This document shows positions 1 through 12,591 of a stretch of DNA of 64,000 bases, in pieces (position 1 is the stretch's first letter; each line of letters opens with the position of its first letter). The notes below the pieces were generated by a model. That model saw only the letters and a list, made by a program, of their open reading frames with translations, had not been told where the DNA came from and ran no database searches. The stretch spans positions 1 to 64,000 of the forward strand of contig DF236955.1 in the NCBI GenBank assembly GCA_000708835.1, read 5' to 3'. The position numbers were made by a program, and so were the translations under genes. This DNA is from Klebsormidium nitens (taxonomy: Eukaryota > Plantae > Klebsormidiophyceae).

Positions 1-1104
1 CGTCTGATCTCCAATAATCTAACAATTTTGCAAGAATTGGTCGCTAGCGAGCTTTGCGTAGTACCTGTGGGTGTCATGGGAGACTTCCTGTCCTTGCAAC
101 AAGGTGCAGCTACTAAAGATCATAGGGCAACAAAAAAGCGATTGTCGAAGTACGTACTTTGGGATCCGGATGCGGTCGCAGTTCGTTCAGACCATGCTTG
201 TATCTTATGCTAGCGTGTCAGGATCAACATATAAATCACGACCCGTCGCTACCTACGAGTCCTCAGAGTCCTTTTAGCACACAAAGATCTGGCGGAATGG
301 TCAACGTCACTGCCCAGCATGATAATCAGTGGAGACCCCGCGTAGAGAAACCCAAGTTCTGAAATGATGAGCACGACAGTCATATGAATCAAATGTGGGC
401 TGATCGTTGCTGACATACCACGAGATTCGCAGATAGTACTATGGATGTCTCGGAATCCGTTTTCAAACTTTTGAATCTCTGATCCGCTCATGAACATTTG
501 AAGCTATATGAATGGACTGCATGCACATGAACGTGTTCGGAGGAGACGAATCAGCCCCGCTGCATAACGCGTTGCTTCGAGCCTTTTGTCTGACACTCAG
601 ATGCAAGAAAATCAAAACTTCCCTTCTCGACGGTTTCTGCCCAGGTCATCCATGAGACCAAGGTGAATTGAGTTGACAGCAGTGCCTTATCTGCGTTAAG
701 CTGAAGCGACAGGTGTCACACGGTTCTTGATCGATCGGATTCGAGCCCACCTAGCCTACCATGCACCTCATGTTGAATGTCGAGGTCTCAGAGAGCTGCT
801 GTCATCTGGAGCCCAAGTTTCTAGGTTTGTCCGCGCTTTTGCGGAGGGATGCCCAGCAAAACCCCGGACGTACGTACGGACGTAGCCGCCCGATTAGAAT
901 CGAATGGTGGGGGCCACTCTTTTCGAGTCTTTTGCCTCTCTTTCCTCCTCTTGAGAGAGCCATGCACATTCGAAGCGGCATCAGCACAAGAGCCTTCGAC
1001 TCTCAGGAGCCTGCATTGTGGCTACTGAGGGCAACTTTATGCTGCCCGTGACTGTCACCACCTATGTAGCGTCAATAATTCTCTAGCAGCTAGAATGCCC
1101 GAGA

Positions 1105-3541
1105 ATGAGGAGGGTCAAAGAAAAAGCAAAGAGTTCTGACGAGGAAAGCAGCGCCGAAGAGGAGGGGGCCGGAAACGAGGCTGAAGAAGATTTCTCGAGG
1201 AACAGGAAGAAGAAGAGAGATACACCCGAAGGGCCTTCAGAGAAGGGTAATAGACTGAAGAAGAATCCAATCAGCAATGGAGCGAAGCGGGTCAGTAAGG
1301 TGATGGAAAAGTTACTGCCTACGAACAAACAGAAGGAGAAAGAATGCGACGAAGGTACGGCAGACAGGGGCAGCAATGAGGGGACGAAGAAGGATAGCGA
1401 GGGTAAAGGGGAGACAAGTAGAGGCGAGGGGAACACCGAAGGTAGCGAAGGGGATCCGGAGGGAACAAGTCCACAGAGTGGGCAGAATGCAGAGCCTGGT
1501 CAGCATGCACAGCTCCAGCAGCAATGGTACCCGGTTCAACCATACCCGGCCACGTGTATTCATATCTGCTGCCAGCACTTCTCGCCCGGTGAGTGCTCCC
1601 GCTTGCGAAATGCCTATCGGAAAGGCCTCGTCGTCGGCTTCAGTGATGTGTGGTTAGGGAACTATTCTGTGGGCTAGCATTCGGTCTTGCATGCCGCTCG
1701 AATAAGCCTGCGAGAGACGCAAGATTTCTGATTCCGACTGGCTTTTTCTGAACCATACTCCTGGTCCAGCACCGACTTTCCCATTGCACAGTAGATGAAT
1801 TACTGGTCAACAGACTCTGAATTTAGCTTAAAAAACCCTAAATTCCTGGTTGTGTTTACGAACGCGGGTAGTTGAAGTGTTCTTACACGGCCGTACTAGG
1901 GTTCCCAAGAAGAAACTCAACGACATAAAGCGCCGCGCGATCAACCCTTCAGCAAATGAACGCGTTTCGTTTGTGAGCATGTCGCCCTTGGTTTCTGAGT
2001 TACTTCTGGTAATGCCCATCAAAAGATTCACCTTGACCACATTCTTTCCTCCACCTCTTTCTTCGAACTGTCTATTCTGCGCCCTTCTGTGAGAAACCGG
2101 CACCGGAGATTTGAGATGCCCGCCGATTTGCAAGCTCGTTCCGAGACTGTAAGACGAAACAAAACCGGGACCACAGTTTCCAGAGCGCCCCCAAGGCCTT
2201 GGGCCTCTGCCAGTAGCGCCCCGTAGAGAAGAACGCGCCACTGGACTCTTGCTCGCGCGAATCTCCGAGAGCAGGCTTTCTCATCGGCGCTACATTTCCT
2301 GGAGTGTTGACGGACCACCGGTCTTCAATTTCTTCGAGAGGCATAAGAGAGAAGGCGAATATAGAAAGTTGATCAGCCAAAAGCGTCTATGTTGGCTTTA
2401 GTTCGAAGACTTTGTGCCTTCAATCAGTTCTGGCTGCTCGCTGGGCTTCTGCACGAGGGTCATTAATGCGCAGGCACTGTGGCGTGAAAAGAAAGAGCTG
2501 AACGATCGGAAGTTAAGAATGTGCCCGAGCCAGGAAACTTGCCCAGGATCGAAGGACGTAAAGCCCCAGTTCGAACTTGAATAGGCCGTGCCTTGTTTCG
2601 AGAGTCAGCTATCAGTTTAGTGAGTGTTTGCCGAGGATATTGACTAACTGAACGGAAGTATCTTCTCTCATCAGCTGAGCGAAGCTTCTCAATCACTTCT
2701 CTCGTCATTGTTCGCCGTAACGTGAACGACGACTGACCTTCCCCCCCAGCGAATCTTAAAGAGCCCAGAAGACAAGAAAACACGAGCTCGACGCCTTCTC
2801 ATTTCCAGTCTGCATCTCTGACTCCTTGACCAATCACGTGGCAATGAAGGGTTGCCGTCAGTTGTTTGCAGGCCGTCGGATCTCACCGGGCGGCCGAAGA
2901 GAATAAGCTGCCAGACAACGCGCATCGACACGGTTCTATTTTTCCAGCCCCTGAACATTTCCGTATCCCCGTCCGTTTTGGCAGGTCTCTCTCGCCGCCA
3001 GTTAGTCAGTCTGCCCCACGTGCAATACTGTGGTTACATCCTGGTCTTTATTTCTGTCGTGTTTCCCGTTCTCCTCTTTCGTGTATTACGTCCTTCCACT
3101 TTCGTGTATTACGTTCTCTTACAGCTCGACGGAACAGGCCAACCGCTAACATTTTCCCGTTCCGCTTTTGATGCAGGTCACATACTCCCGCAGTGCCAGC
3201 AAAGCGGCCAGCCAAACGAGCGTCCCGCGGCCGCCTGCTTTCTCCCGGGGTACGTTTCCTTGCCGCAGAACGTTCCGCCGAATCAGTGCGGAAACTTCTT
3301 TGGCGGAAACGGAAATGCTCCCTTGCAGCAGATTGCTCAGCCCAATCAGGGCGGGGGTCTCCCCCGAGGGACTGGTCTCGACGCCCCCGCAGTGCACCAC
3401 GTTGTGAAGAAGCTTCCGAAGCTGACGCAGGCGGAGAGGGGCCGGGACTTTTGGAAGTCCTGCCTAGCAGCGATGTGTGTGTGCTGCACCTTAGAGGCGT
3501 GCGGGGGCGGGGTCAGAAAGAACGAGGAGTCGGACGATTAG
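1105..3541 (+). CDS. CYSTM-domain (cysteine-rich tail-anchored) protein with long charged N-terminus; proposed exons 1105-1588 and 3177-3541 (~282 aa)
   Basis: Last exon encodes DFWKSCLAAMCVCCTLEAC, the CYSTM pattern. Acceptor at 3175-3176 has a GCTAAC branch point and pyrimidine tract and is phase 1. ORF 1105 has a phase-1 GTGAGT donor at 1589 (alternative GTCAGC at 1499). The C-terminal exon is well supported; the 5' exon link is inferred. Confidence 0.55.
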
Positions 3542-3646
3542 CGGAGGAAGAAAAAGATGGAAGGATACAGATATGGGCGGAATTGGAAAGCACGACGAAG
3601 CTGGAGATTAGCGGAAGAACAGAATAATGGAAAGATACAGACATGG
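3536..3646 (+). repeat. Imperfect direct repeat (41 bp, period 70) duplicating the stop-codon region of the CYSTM gene
   Basis: gattagcggaggaagaaaaagatggaaggatacagatatgg (3536) vs gattagcggaagaacagaataatggaaagatacagacatgg (3606), 34/41 identical. Confidence 0.85.
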
Positions 3647-5032
3647 TTTCGGACGAGCGTTTCGAGAAAATTTTCGCATGAGGTGTTCAATGTGAGCGGC
3701 GCGTATCTAAAAGATACCGTCCGGACAGACTATGCACGATTGAGCGGGTATAACTACTCTGAAAGAGAGGGAGAGGATTACTATGTATCCGAAGGGTGAT
3801 GGTCAACCGAGGTACATGATGCATGTAGCTGCGTGGATGTTTTTTCGAAGGAGCGGGCAGGATCGAGGCAATGAACGGTTGTTGTGAATTAGAAACAGCG
3901 CATGTGATCCGATGCATGGGCAAAATCGAAAGTGCTTCGCAATTGGTATTAGACTTCCAGCAATGTTATTTGTGCTCGTGCCCTGATGGGGCCGGGAACA
4001 TTTTTTCTATCGATTCTTGTAAAATGACTGATCAAATTACATGAATTGGCTTGTAAGTTGCATTAATTATCGTCGTAGCGTGCTCATTGCTGTCCTTGCA
4101 TTGAACATATATATCATGCACAACATGCTAAACTAGAGGGTACTCCTACTCAACGTTTTGAGAACGTGTAGCCTGGTTTGTTCGGCGTTTATACATTATT
4201 CGTCAAATAGTCCTTGACAGGAAACATGAAGTTTGTGAAATGTTCTCAGTACATTGTTCTTTCGCAGCCAACTAATTAGTAGTGACGCAACCAGCTCAAT
4301 AGTAGTGACGGAATTTGTGGATGGCTTTTTTCTAATTGCATGTACACAACATTATTTCCAGCGAAAGCATCCAGACAAAGCTCAGCGCGTGTTTGTGAAT
4401 GTGGTTTGTTGCACAGGATGTGTGAAGGTGGACACGTATTTTACAATGGAACGAAACCTTTTTGTCTTTAAAGTAAAGTTTGAGCAGCATATCGAACAGT
4501 AGCTTACCCAGTGGACCATGGTGTATCGAAATTTCAGAGTATCATTATTTTGTCCACGTGTTCAGCAGCAAGTTGCAAATGATGTTTAAATCATTATGAT
4601 TGCGCTGTGAGATATAGTGAATCTGTGAATATGTCATATCTGTTCACTTAAAATATCAATCGAGGTTCAATTGAGGGTTGACTTTGCACAAACATTTCCG
4701 TTGAATGAAGAAGTGATGTTTCTCAACGTTCAGCAGGTTATTTCAAAAGAATGTTCTTACAAAACTTAAGTTTCACACTGAATTTCTAATTTCAATTTCG
4801 GGAGCAATTATGGTACATAATAAACTTCCTGCGTGCGTTAACTATAACCAACCAACAAGGATCAAACAGCCAACCTGTGGCTGACTCCTTTCACTGTAAG
4901 ACAAGCTACTAAATTGTAGCCCCAACAAATTGCAGTAAAATTTAACAACTATTTTGTCTGTGCATGAACAAATCTGCGCGCCCCTGATCTCTGCTTTGGT
5001 AGTTCTCCCAAAACTAGTCTGCTCCAACTGTT

Positions 5033-5740
5033 TTACCCGGCCATCATACAACAGCAGTCCAAGCACTCATCAACGACACAGCAGCAGCACAGTGCCGCCA
5101 GGCAGGCTGTCAGAAAACCACCACCGCCATTTTGGGGGGGTCTCTGTGGCCGACCGCCATAGTACTGTGGCTGACCTCCATATGCAGGGTTCGGGTACGT
5201 CTGACCACCTGCCGGGTAGCCTGCAGCCAACCGATTGAAATCAGAAAGATGAAATGCATGTAAGGTGCATGAATGTGGACTTAGAAATCCACATTCAACC
5301 TGTTCTGAAGCACTCTTTCTGATCGATTCACCACAGTTCTCATGATGGCACCACCTTCTCTGTTGAACACCACAACGATCTGTGCTTGCATGCAACCTTA
5401 CAAACAGACACATGCTGGACACAGTTAGAGTAACTGGCCTCCTTTTCGAAAAAGGTGCAAAAGCCCTTCGCTTCCTGATTCCTGTTCTCGCATAGCCAAG
5501 CACAGGGTTCAGCCATGGTCAATCAACAACCTTCATATAAGGCTATCAACAAACCTTCGTATGAGGCTAGAAAGCTGATTGGAACTGACCTGGTGGAGCG
5601 CCCTGGTTGTAAGCCGGGTAGCCCTGCTGTGGGTATCCGTACTGCTGAGGGTACCCCCCAAATCCCCGCTCCTCAACGACATTCTTGGCCGCACCCTTGC
5701 CCTGTCCTTTGCCCCGGCCTTTGCCCCATCCTTTGCCCAT
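5033..5740 (-). CDS. CYSTM-domain protein (G/Y/P/Q-rich N-terminus), exons 5740-5590 and 5220-5033 (112 aa)
   Basis: MGKGWGKGRGKG...GYPQQYGYPQQGYPAYNQGAPPG|YPAGGQTYPNPAYGGQPQYY...GFLTACLAALCCCCVVDECLDCCCMMAG*; GT-AG phase-1 intron; classic CYSTM motif. Confidence 0.9.
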
Positions 5741-6636
5741 CTTTCACTTGGAAAAGCTTGCAAATCACTTGCAGAAACAGATATTGCTGCTCAATTGACC
5801 ACTGTGTGTAGCAGAGAGTTGATTTGAAAAGGCAGGTCAATGAAGGAACGAATGAACACTGCTGCCAGTTGCACAGCTTGCTCTTGCTTTTGTTGCTTGA
5901 TCGGATTTCTGCACCTTTGCTACCTAAATACCTTCTCTTCAAGAGATGCTCGAAGCTTGAAGAAGCAGAGGAGTGCTCCACAGACTTTGCGGATAGCGCA
6001 GCTTCAAGGAAGGCGACCTGGCAGGAACTTTTGAGGTGTCCTGATCACAGCCCACGGGGGCGCGGACACGTCTGCTGATCTGAGCTGAGGCGATCTCGAG
6101 CTTGAGCCTTGAGGGAGCCCTCTCCTCCGTTGCATGTGCCGCCAGCAGGCCAGTTTGCGCATGCTTCTTTCTGCAGTTCCTACGTTGAACTGCCGAACTG
6201 GATGTGCCCTGCGCATCTCTCATGGCACTTGGCTGCTCCAAGTGGGTGCCAAGTGGCAAGCGCTGGGTGGCAAAGGATGAGATGTACCGTACAGTGTTCA
6301 CACTGCCAGCTTGAGGAAGAATCAGATCTCGCGGTAGCCTACTGCCCTGGGACAAGTCTGCCGCTTTCTAATTCGCTTCTGGCCCCTTCTAGAACGCCTC
6401 TGGATCACCATCCTGCTGCAGTCTCAGAGGGCAGGAAGCTGGGCCTGTGCAAGCACTCAAGGGCGCCTGTCTTTGGACAAGGAGACGAGGCACAGCATTT
6501 GAGGCGGCGGGCCTGGTACAGAGCACCTTGACTCAGGGTCGGTTTTAAGATTGCCCCGCCCAGTTTGTGTCGCCGTCAGTGATAAGGGGCGTTACAGGGG
6601 TGCTTTGCGACGAGGTGACAATCGTTACCGACGGTA

Positions 6637-9600
6637 ATGGCGGCGGCCATGGAGATGTTCCATGTGCAGCACACGCAGGGGCACGTCCTGTGCTGCCTCT
6701 GCGGCACGTCGATCCCGCCCAACCCGTCCAACATGTGCGTCGCTTGTATACGGACGCAGGTGGACATTACGGAGAGCATTCAGAAGCAGGTGCGCTTTTA
6801 GGGTTTGTTGTTTCCTTGATTGGGTTTCTGGAAGTGTGCAAGGGATGTGTGGCGTTGGCAATCTCGAGGGGTGGGGTTTGTGTAAGTCGGGGATGACGTA
6901 GTATTGAATATGCTTTACGGTGGCTGCTGCTATGATTGGGAGTTTGCCCGGAAGTTCGATTGACTGGTCATTTAGCTGGACTCATGCACACCTGTCATGC
7001 GAGCCTTGAATTGCAATTTGGCTGATTCGTCAGACTGCCTGGCTGGCGCGGTTGCTTTTACAAACTGCACAAAGGTGACCAGCAATTTTTTGGTTCCTCA
7101 GCAATTTCTGGTGACCAACATTTTTGTGCCGGCTAGCTGTATCCATCTGTAGGTGCTTTTGCAGCATTTCAATCATCTAAGATGCATACCACCCTTCATC
7201 GCACTCCTCCAGACTGCCTCCAATGAACAATCAAGGCTTTACTTCTTTCTAAGCTTGATGTACCGCAATCCGCGGTCCGCAATTGCAAGCGCCCTCCGGA
7301 ATCTGCTTCAGTTGGTCTGGCTCAAGCTCTGGCCCAAACCTTTGACAAAAACCACGAAGATTCTAGGGTTTTGACGGTTCTTGCTACTTGCCCTCCTATT
7401 CTCAAGTTTTTTCTCCTTTTCTATTGGAGCTCGCCCACTGCGTCAGCTTGAGCTCGTGATCCACTTAAAAGCATTGATTAAGGCCTGATCTGCAAGGAGT
7501 GGCGGATGGTGGCTGCCCTCCTGCTTTTCAAATTCCTGATTCTAGTTAGTTTTAACCCTCATCTGGAAGAATCACCATGTTTTTGCAGCTTCATTTGAAA
7601 GAATCACCGTGCTTTGCAGCTTCATTTGGAAGAGTCTCCGTTTTTTTGCAGCTTAGCGCTTGCGTTTGTATGGAGTGCAAGCGGCGCGCGTTCACTTTTG
7701 TGACCTTTAGGCTCTGCAGTCTTGGTATTCTGCGACCCTCCCTCTTTGATGTCAAGTTGAATTAATGATCACTTATGAAAGCGACACTTTCTATTCTTAC
7801 GCAGGTCACGGTCTTGTTCTGTAAGGAGTGCGAGCGCTGGCTGCAGCCCCCCAAGAACTGGACACGCGCCAAGCTCGAGTCAAAAGAGCTGCTCACCTTC
7901 TGCATCAAGCGCGTGCGGAACCTGAACAAGGTTAAGCTAATCGACGCCGGGTTTATCTGGACCGAGCCGCATTCGAAGCGGCTGAAGCTCAAGCTGACGA
8001 TTCAGAAGGAGGTGTTCAATGGGGCGATCTTGCAGCAGACGTTTGTGGTGGAGTTTGTCGTGGAGGTGAGTTGGGCTAACCTCGGTCGAGGCTCTGATCA
8101 AGGCCGGTCAAGGTTGTGGTTCCCGTTAAGGCTGTGGTTACGTTTTTGGGTTTCGCTTCTGTGTTTTTGTGAAGCTTCTTGAGGACAGTGTGTGTAACCG
8201 GCAATCTCGCCCAAAATGGTGGCCGGACAGTTCTGGTGGAGATGAATCGCCTCAATCTGTTGTCGCATGGTTCAGTCAGTTTTTGGCGGCGTTTCTGGTT
8301 GGGCAGATATTATGGAGGTATAAGCTTTTAGAGGTTGAAAAGCAAAAGGCTGACAACCGACTCACCGGGGCACTTTCCCAAAGGAAGGATTTCGAACGCA
8401 GACGAGATTAGATTGCAGAAAGGTGTCAACTAGTAACAGTACCACATGTCAGAAGACGACATTTTTCGTCAATCCACCCGTGTGTTAGAAACCCGTGTGT
8501 TTTCTAGGGGGGCACAGGCTGGTTTGAACTTTTTCACTGCAGTGCTTAAGGCCGTTCCAAGGAAGTCCGGGTCATTTTGTACTCACAAGGTTAATCGACG
8601 TCTGTTGAGAGATGGGGCAGTATGGGATAACCAGCATCAGCAGACGCATGGTCGCCTGGCATGGATCACAGCATTGCTTAATGCCGCAGATCAGTTCCCG
8701 CTTTGGTCAAATTCCGCTTTGGCAGAGCCTTTTCTCTCCTCCCAAGTTTGAAACGTGTTCGTATCGGACGCTGTAACACCGATTCGCGGCTTTGCAGGAC
8801 CACATGTGCGACAGCTGTTCGCGTGCTGCCGCCAACCCGGACCAGTGGATCGCTAAAGTGCAGCTACGGCAAAAAGTGGATCACAAGCGCACCTTCTTCT
8901 TCCTGGAGCAGCTGATTCTCAAGCACGGCGCGGACTCCAATACGATCAATATCAAGCAGGTAGGTTACGGAGTGATTATAGCAAAGAAGTTGCAAGTTAT
9001 GTACATTGTTGTCCAGGATTTGGATTGTTTGATAGTTTTACGTTGGGGCTCACTTTACTCTTGAGAGAACACCGGTCCCTGTCGGCGCCAGTCGAGCGTG
9101 TCCTGGTAGCGGCCGGGCCGTTGCGTGGGCTCCTCTGGCTGCAGGCTACGGGCTTTTGCACCCTTCCCTTTTTCGTGTCCTTTCTGCTTCCCATCGTTTT
9201 CGTATCTCAAGAGGAAAACGTCACGAGGCGGACCCGAATCCGTTCCCCATAAGCTTCGCGGGGCAAGTCAAATCCTTTTATGGTTTAGCTTCCAGGCCCT
9301 TCGATCGACTCTCGTTGATGCTTAGAAGCATTGCTATTGGCATTTGCAAGTCGTATGTTTTGCGTAGTATCTCCGGGTCGTGGCTTTCGTCATTCAAATT
9401 CATTTCAGCCGCTCATTGGCGAGCTCCCGACTTCACACAACGAGCTCGTATACAAGTCCAGCGGATTGGAAAGTCGATCTGACATCCGTTTCTTGCGGGC
9501 CCTTGCAGATCCACGACGGGGTCGACTTCTACTACTCCAACCGCAGCCATGCGCTCAAGTTCGTTGACTTCCTCAACTCCGTGGTCCCCATCAAGCAGCG

Positions 9601-11172
9601 CGCCGACAAACAACTCGTTTCCCACGACTCCCACTCCATGACCTACAACTACCGCTTCACGTTCAGCGTCGAAATCGTTCCCGTCTGCAAAGACGACCTG
9701 ATCCTGCTCCCGCAAAAAGTGGCCAACGCGCTCGGGAACGTCGGGCCGCTCGTGGTTTGCACGCGGGTTAGCAACACCGTGCAGCTGCTCGACCCGCTAA
9801 CCCTGCGGTTAGTGTACCAGGACGCGAACCAGTACTGGCGCGCGCCGTACCGCCCGCTTATCGTAAGCAAGCAGCTGGTCGAATACGTTGTGCTCGACAT
9901 CGAGCCGGTCGCGGGCGGCCACAGCGCGACAGGTGGCAGCGGGAAGGAGCGGTACGCGCTCGCGGACGCGACGGTCGCGCGGACGTCAGACTTTGGGAAG
10001 AATGACGTCATCTTCCAGTGCCGGACGCACCTGGGACATCTACTGCAGGCGGGGGATCTGGCGCTCGGGTACGATTGCTATGCGGCGAACACGAACGCGG
10101 ATTCGGAGTTGGAAAAGTTCAAGGGGTTCCAGCTTCCGGACGTGGTGCTGATCAAGAAGAGCTACGAGGAGAAGCGGCGGAAGCGGCGCGGGCGCGGGCG
10201 CGCGTGGAAGCTGCGGCAGCTGCCCATGGAGGTGGAGGCGACCACCAAGGTGAGTGTTGTGTGTTTCTCGGTCGCCTCTAGTTCCTGAAAAGGAATTGAA
10301 AGGACGATTCGGCTGAAGTTGTCGAGAGGGGATGATGGCATATCCCCCGGCAATATATGTAGCTTGGACTTCGAGAGCCGAAGTATGGCGGATGCCTTTT
10401 CGTGATCCATTTCCGTCCATTGATTGTTGACCTCCGGCTTTGCGACTACCTTCGTCTATGATGGCAACTATTCGTGGCGGATGCCTTTCAAGAGTTTCCA
10501 AGCTGCTCCGCACCAAACTTGCCTCGCTTTTCTAAAAGCCGGATCTGATTGTGAGCTGTCTTGAGAGCCCGCATCTATTGCTCACATGAGTCGAACATAA
10601 GCTCCACTTCTTTGTTGCGGGCTTGACTTCCAAGCCCTTATATTCAGTTGTGCTTCTATGCCCAGTGGTACCCGAACACCTCGTATTCAATCTGGACAAT
10701 TGCGGAGAGTCAACGCGTTTCTTTTCTCTTGATTCAATGACCGGGGCCAAGTAAGACATAGTCTCGCTAGCCGGACGCTTGAGTCCAGGACGTTTTCTAT
10801 CTACACGATGACAACATGTGCGTCGACTGCAAGCGCTTGCTGCCACTTTCGCTTCCCACGCCGTGAGCAGCGCCAATTAAGAGAACAGCATCGAAAAGAA
10901 ACAGAGCCTAAACCCGAATCGTTTTCCTCCTGCAGGACGACGACAAGGCGCGCGTCGACTACGAGCGCTTCTTGGAGGAGCTTGAGGAAGACCCGGAGAT
11001 GCGCGCCAAGGTGGCGCTCTACAAGGACCCGACGTACGTGGCGCGGCCGCGCGACGAGGACACGATGACGGAGACCGACGGGGAGGAGCCGCCGCAGGTG
11101 CCGCTGGAGGAGTTGCTGGATGAGCTGACGCTGGAGGAACATGCGGACGAGGATGAGGAGATGGAGGGATAG
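6637..11172 (+). CDS. NMD3: 60S ribosomal export adaptor NMD3; exons 6637-6789, 7805-8065, 8798-8959, 9509-10249, 10936-11172 (517 aa)
   Basis: CCLCGTSIPPNPSNMCVAC Zn-knuckle, FCKECERWLQPP, MCDSC, AKVQLRQKVDHKRTFFFLEQLILKH, DGVDFYYSNRSHA, acidic C-terminal NES region; all introns GT-AG, length divisible by 3. Confidence 0.97.
6796..6806 (+). promoter_or_regulatory. Telo-box-like motif (TTTTAGGGTTT) at start of NMD3 intron 1; site II-like TGGGCC upstream near 6439
   Basis: Telo-box plus site II elements are typical of plant ribosome-biogenesis genes; motif match only. Confidence 0.3.
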
Positions 11173-11315
11173 CTTATTGGGGTGTATGGATAGGCGATGG
11201 GGTGGGCGGTAAGAGAAGGCGATGAGTTTGGTGAGCGGGCGCTGGAAGGAGCTGAAGGACGAGCTGACGCTGGAGGAACACGAGGACGAGGACGAGCAAA
11301 TGGAGGGATAGCTTA
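11102..11315 (+). repeat. Tandem duplication of NMD3 C-terminal coding end plus stop (period 139)
   Basis: 11122 gagctgacgctggaggaacatgcggacgaggatgaggagatggagggatagctta vs 11261 gagctgacgctggaggaacacgaggacgaggacgagcaaatggagggatagctta. Confidence 0.92.
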
Positions 11316-12591
11316 GGGGGAGTGTGGATTGGCGATAGAGAAGAGAAGCAGGCGACGATAGGGGAGAGGGATAGGCGATTGGGCGGAGTGGTGGCGACGG
11401 GAAGGAGTTGGGGTCCACCTGTGGAGCTCAAGGGTCCTTTGGACACGGACTGGGCAACAAGGATTAGGAAGGTGAAGCGGGGTTGGAACTAGCTCACGGA
11501 GAGAGAATAGACGGTACCGCGATAGATGGGATGGAGGCATCGACAAGCAGCGGCATGTCAGATGTGACGGGCTGTGGGGAAGTTAAGGGGAGGGGGGGGC
11601 GAGTCAAGTGACGGGGCTCTTGGAAAGTTCATGAGTGCGCGTGGTCGGGTTCCGGAGGGGCTTCTCATGGATTGTGAAACGTTCAAGTGAGCAAAGTAGA
11701 CGAGTAGAACAAGCTTTTAGGTTGGTGGAAGTGCACATTTTACGAGTTAACAAAGTAGATTACCATCATGGATAATGTGGATGCTGTCCGATGGAAAAGA
11801 GACCTTCGTCAATGTACAGCTGGAAATCTACAATTCTGCATGCTCATTGGAAGTTTGGAAACGGGCGAATGCAGATGCTGCTGATTGGTTGTTGGGCTGC
11901 GAATGGCCGGGCAACCCTGGTTTGGGTCGATGTTGACATCAAATCGAACTTGCAAACTGCAGATCTAAAAGTTAGGTGATTGACGCTTCGAGGGCCCTTT
12001 TCAGGAATGCAGGCGATCTGCCAACGCATGCAGTGGCATCGTCGACTGCATGGCCTCACGTGTTGATCGGGACGCTATGACAAATGTCTCATGACCAGAC
12101 GAGCCATGCCCTCTGGATAGACTTTACCCAATATGTTGCATGTGAGGGTATCATGCGTAATTCTAGCCCATGCAGTCATATACGTTCACTTTAAGCTTCG
12201 ATCAATCACATTTGTGTGCCATGAAGTGCCTATGGCCTACTTAGCTGTAGGGATATGAAAAGAGACCATCACGTTGAACAGCAGCTACTGCTTCTGCTCA
12301 TGCCATATGTCGATGATGCCTAGAATTGACTATAATTAACTCACGTACTTGCCCAGCGCAACCTAGGTGTCGATCCTGAGAAAGCATGGGGGCCGCCAAC
12401 TAGTTTGTCATCATGTCAGACATTTCATGGAAAAAGCGAAAGATGCACGGATCCTCGAACACACATCACAACATCCGGCTTTCTATGTTCATGATGCTCT
12501 CGTCTTGATACGGAACGTACCGATGCATGTCAACTTGATGAAATGGATACTGCGCAGTCAAGGATGCCAATTTTACAGGATTACACCGTCT

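Noticed and set aside
28-1051. Short ORFs at window start
   Set aside because: No recognisable domain, codon bias or linked splice phases
1700-2850. Possible decayed retro/transposon ORFs (e.g. ALWKLWSRF, 2463-2783) in the putative CYSTM-1 intron
   Set aside because: No RT, integrase or DDE motif identifiable; both strands look equally protein-like
2866-2988. Candidate extra CYSTM-1 exon after ttgcag at ~2872
   Set aside because: Phase-1 entry hits TAA; other phases do not match the flanking exons
5824-6531. ORFs of 138-140 aa between CYSTM-2 and NMD3
   Set aside because: No motifs; region best explained as divergent promoter and UTRs
10532-10876. 114-aa antisense ORF in NMD3 intron 4
   Set aside because: No homology features; length within chance range
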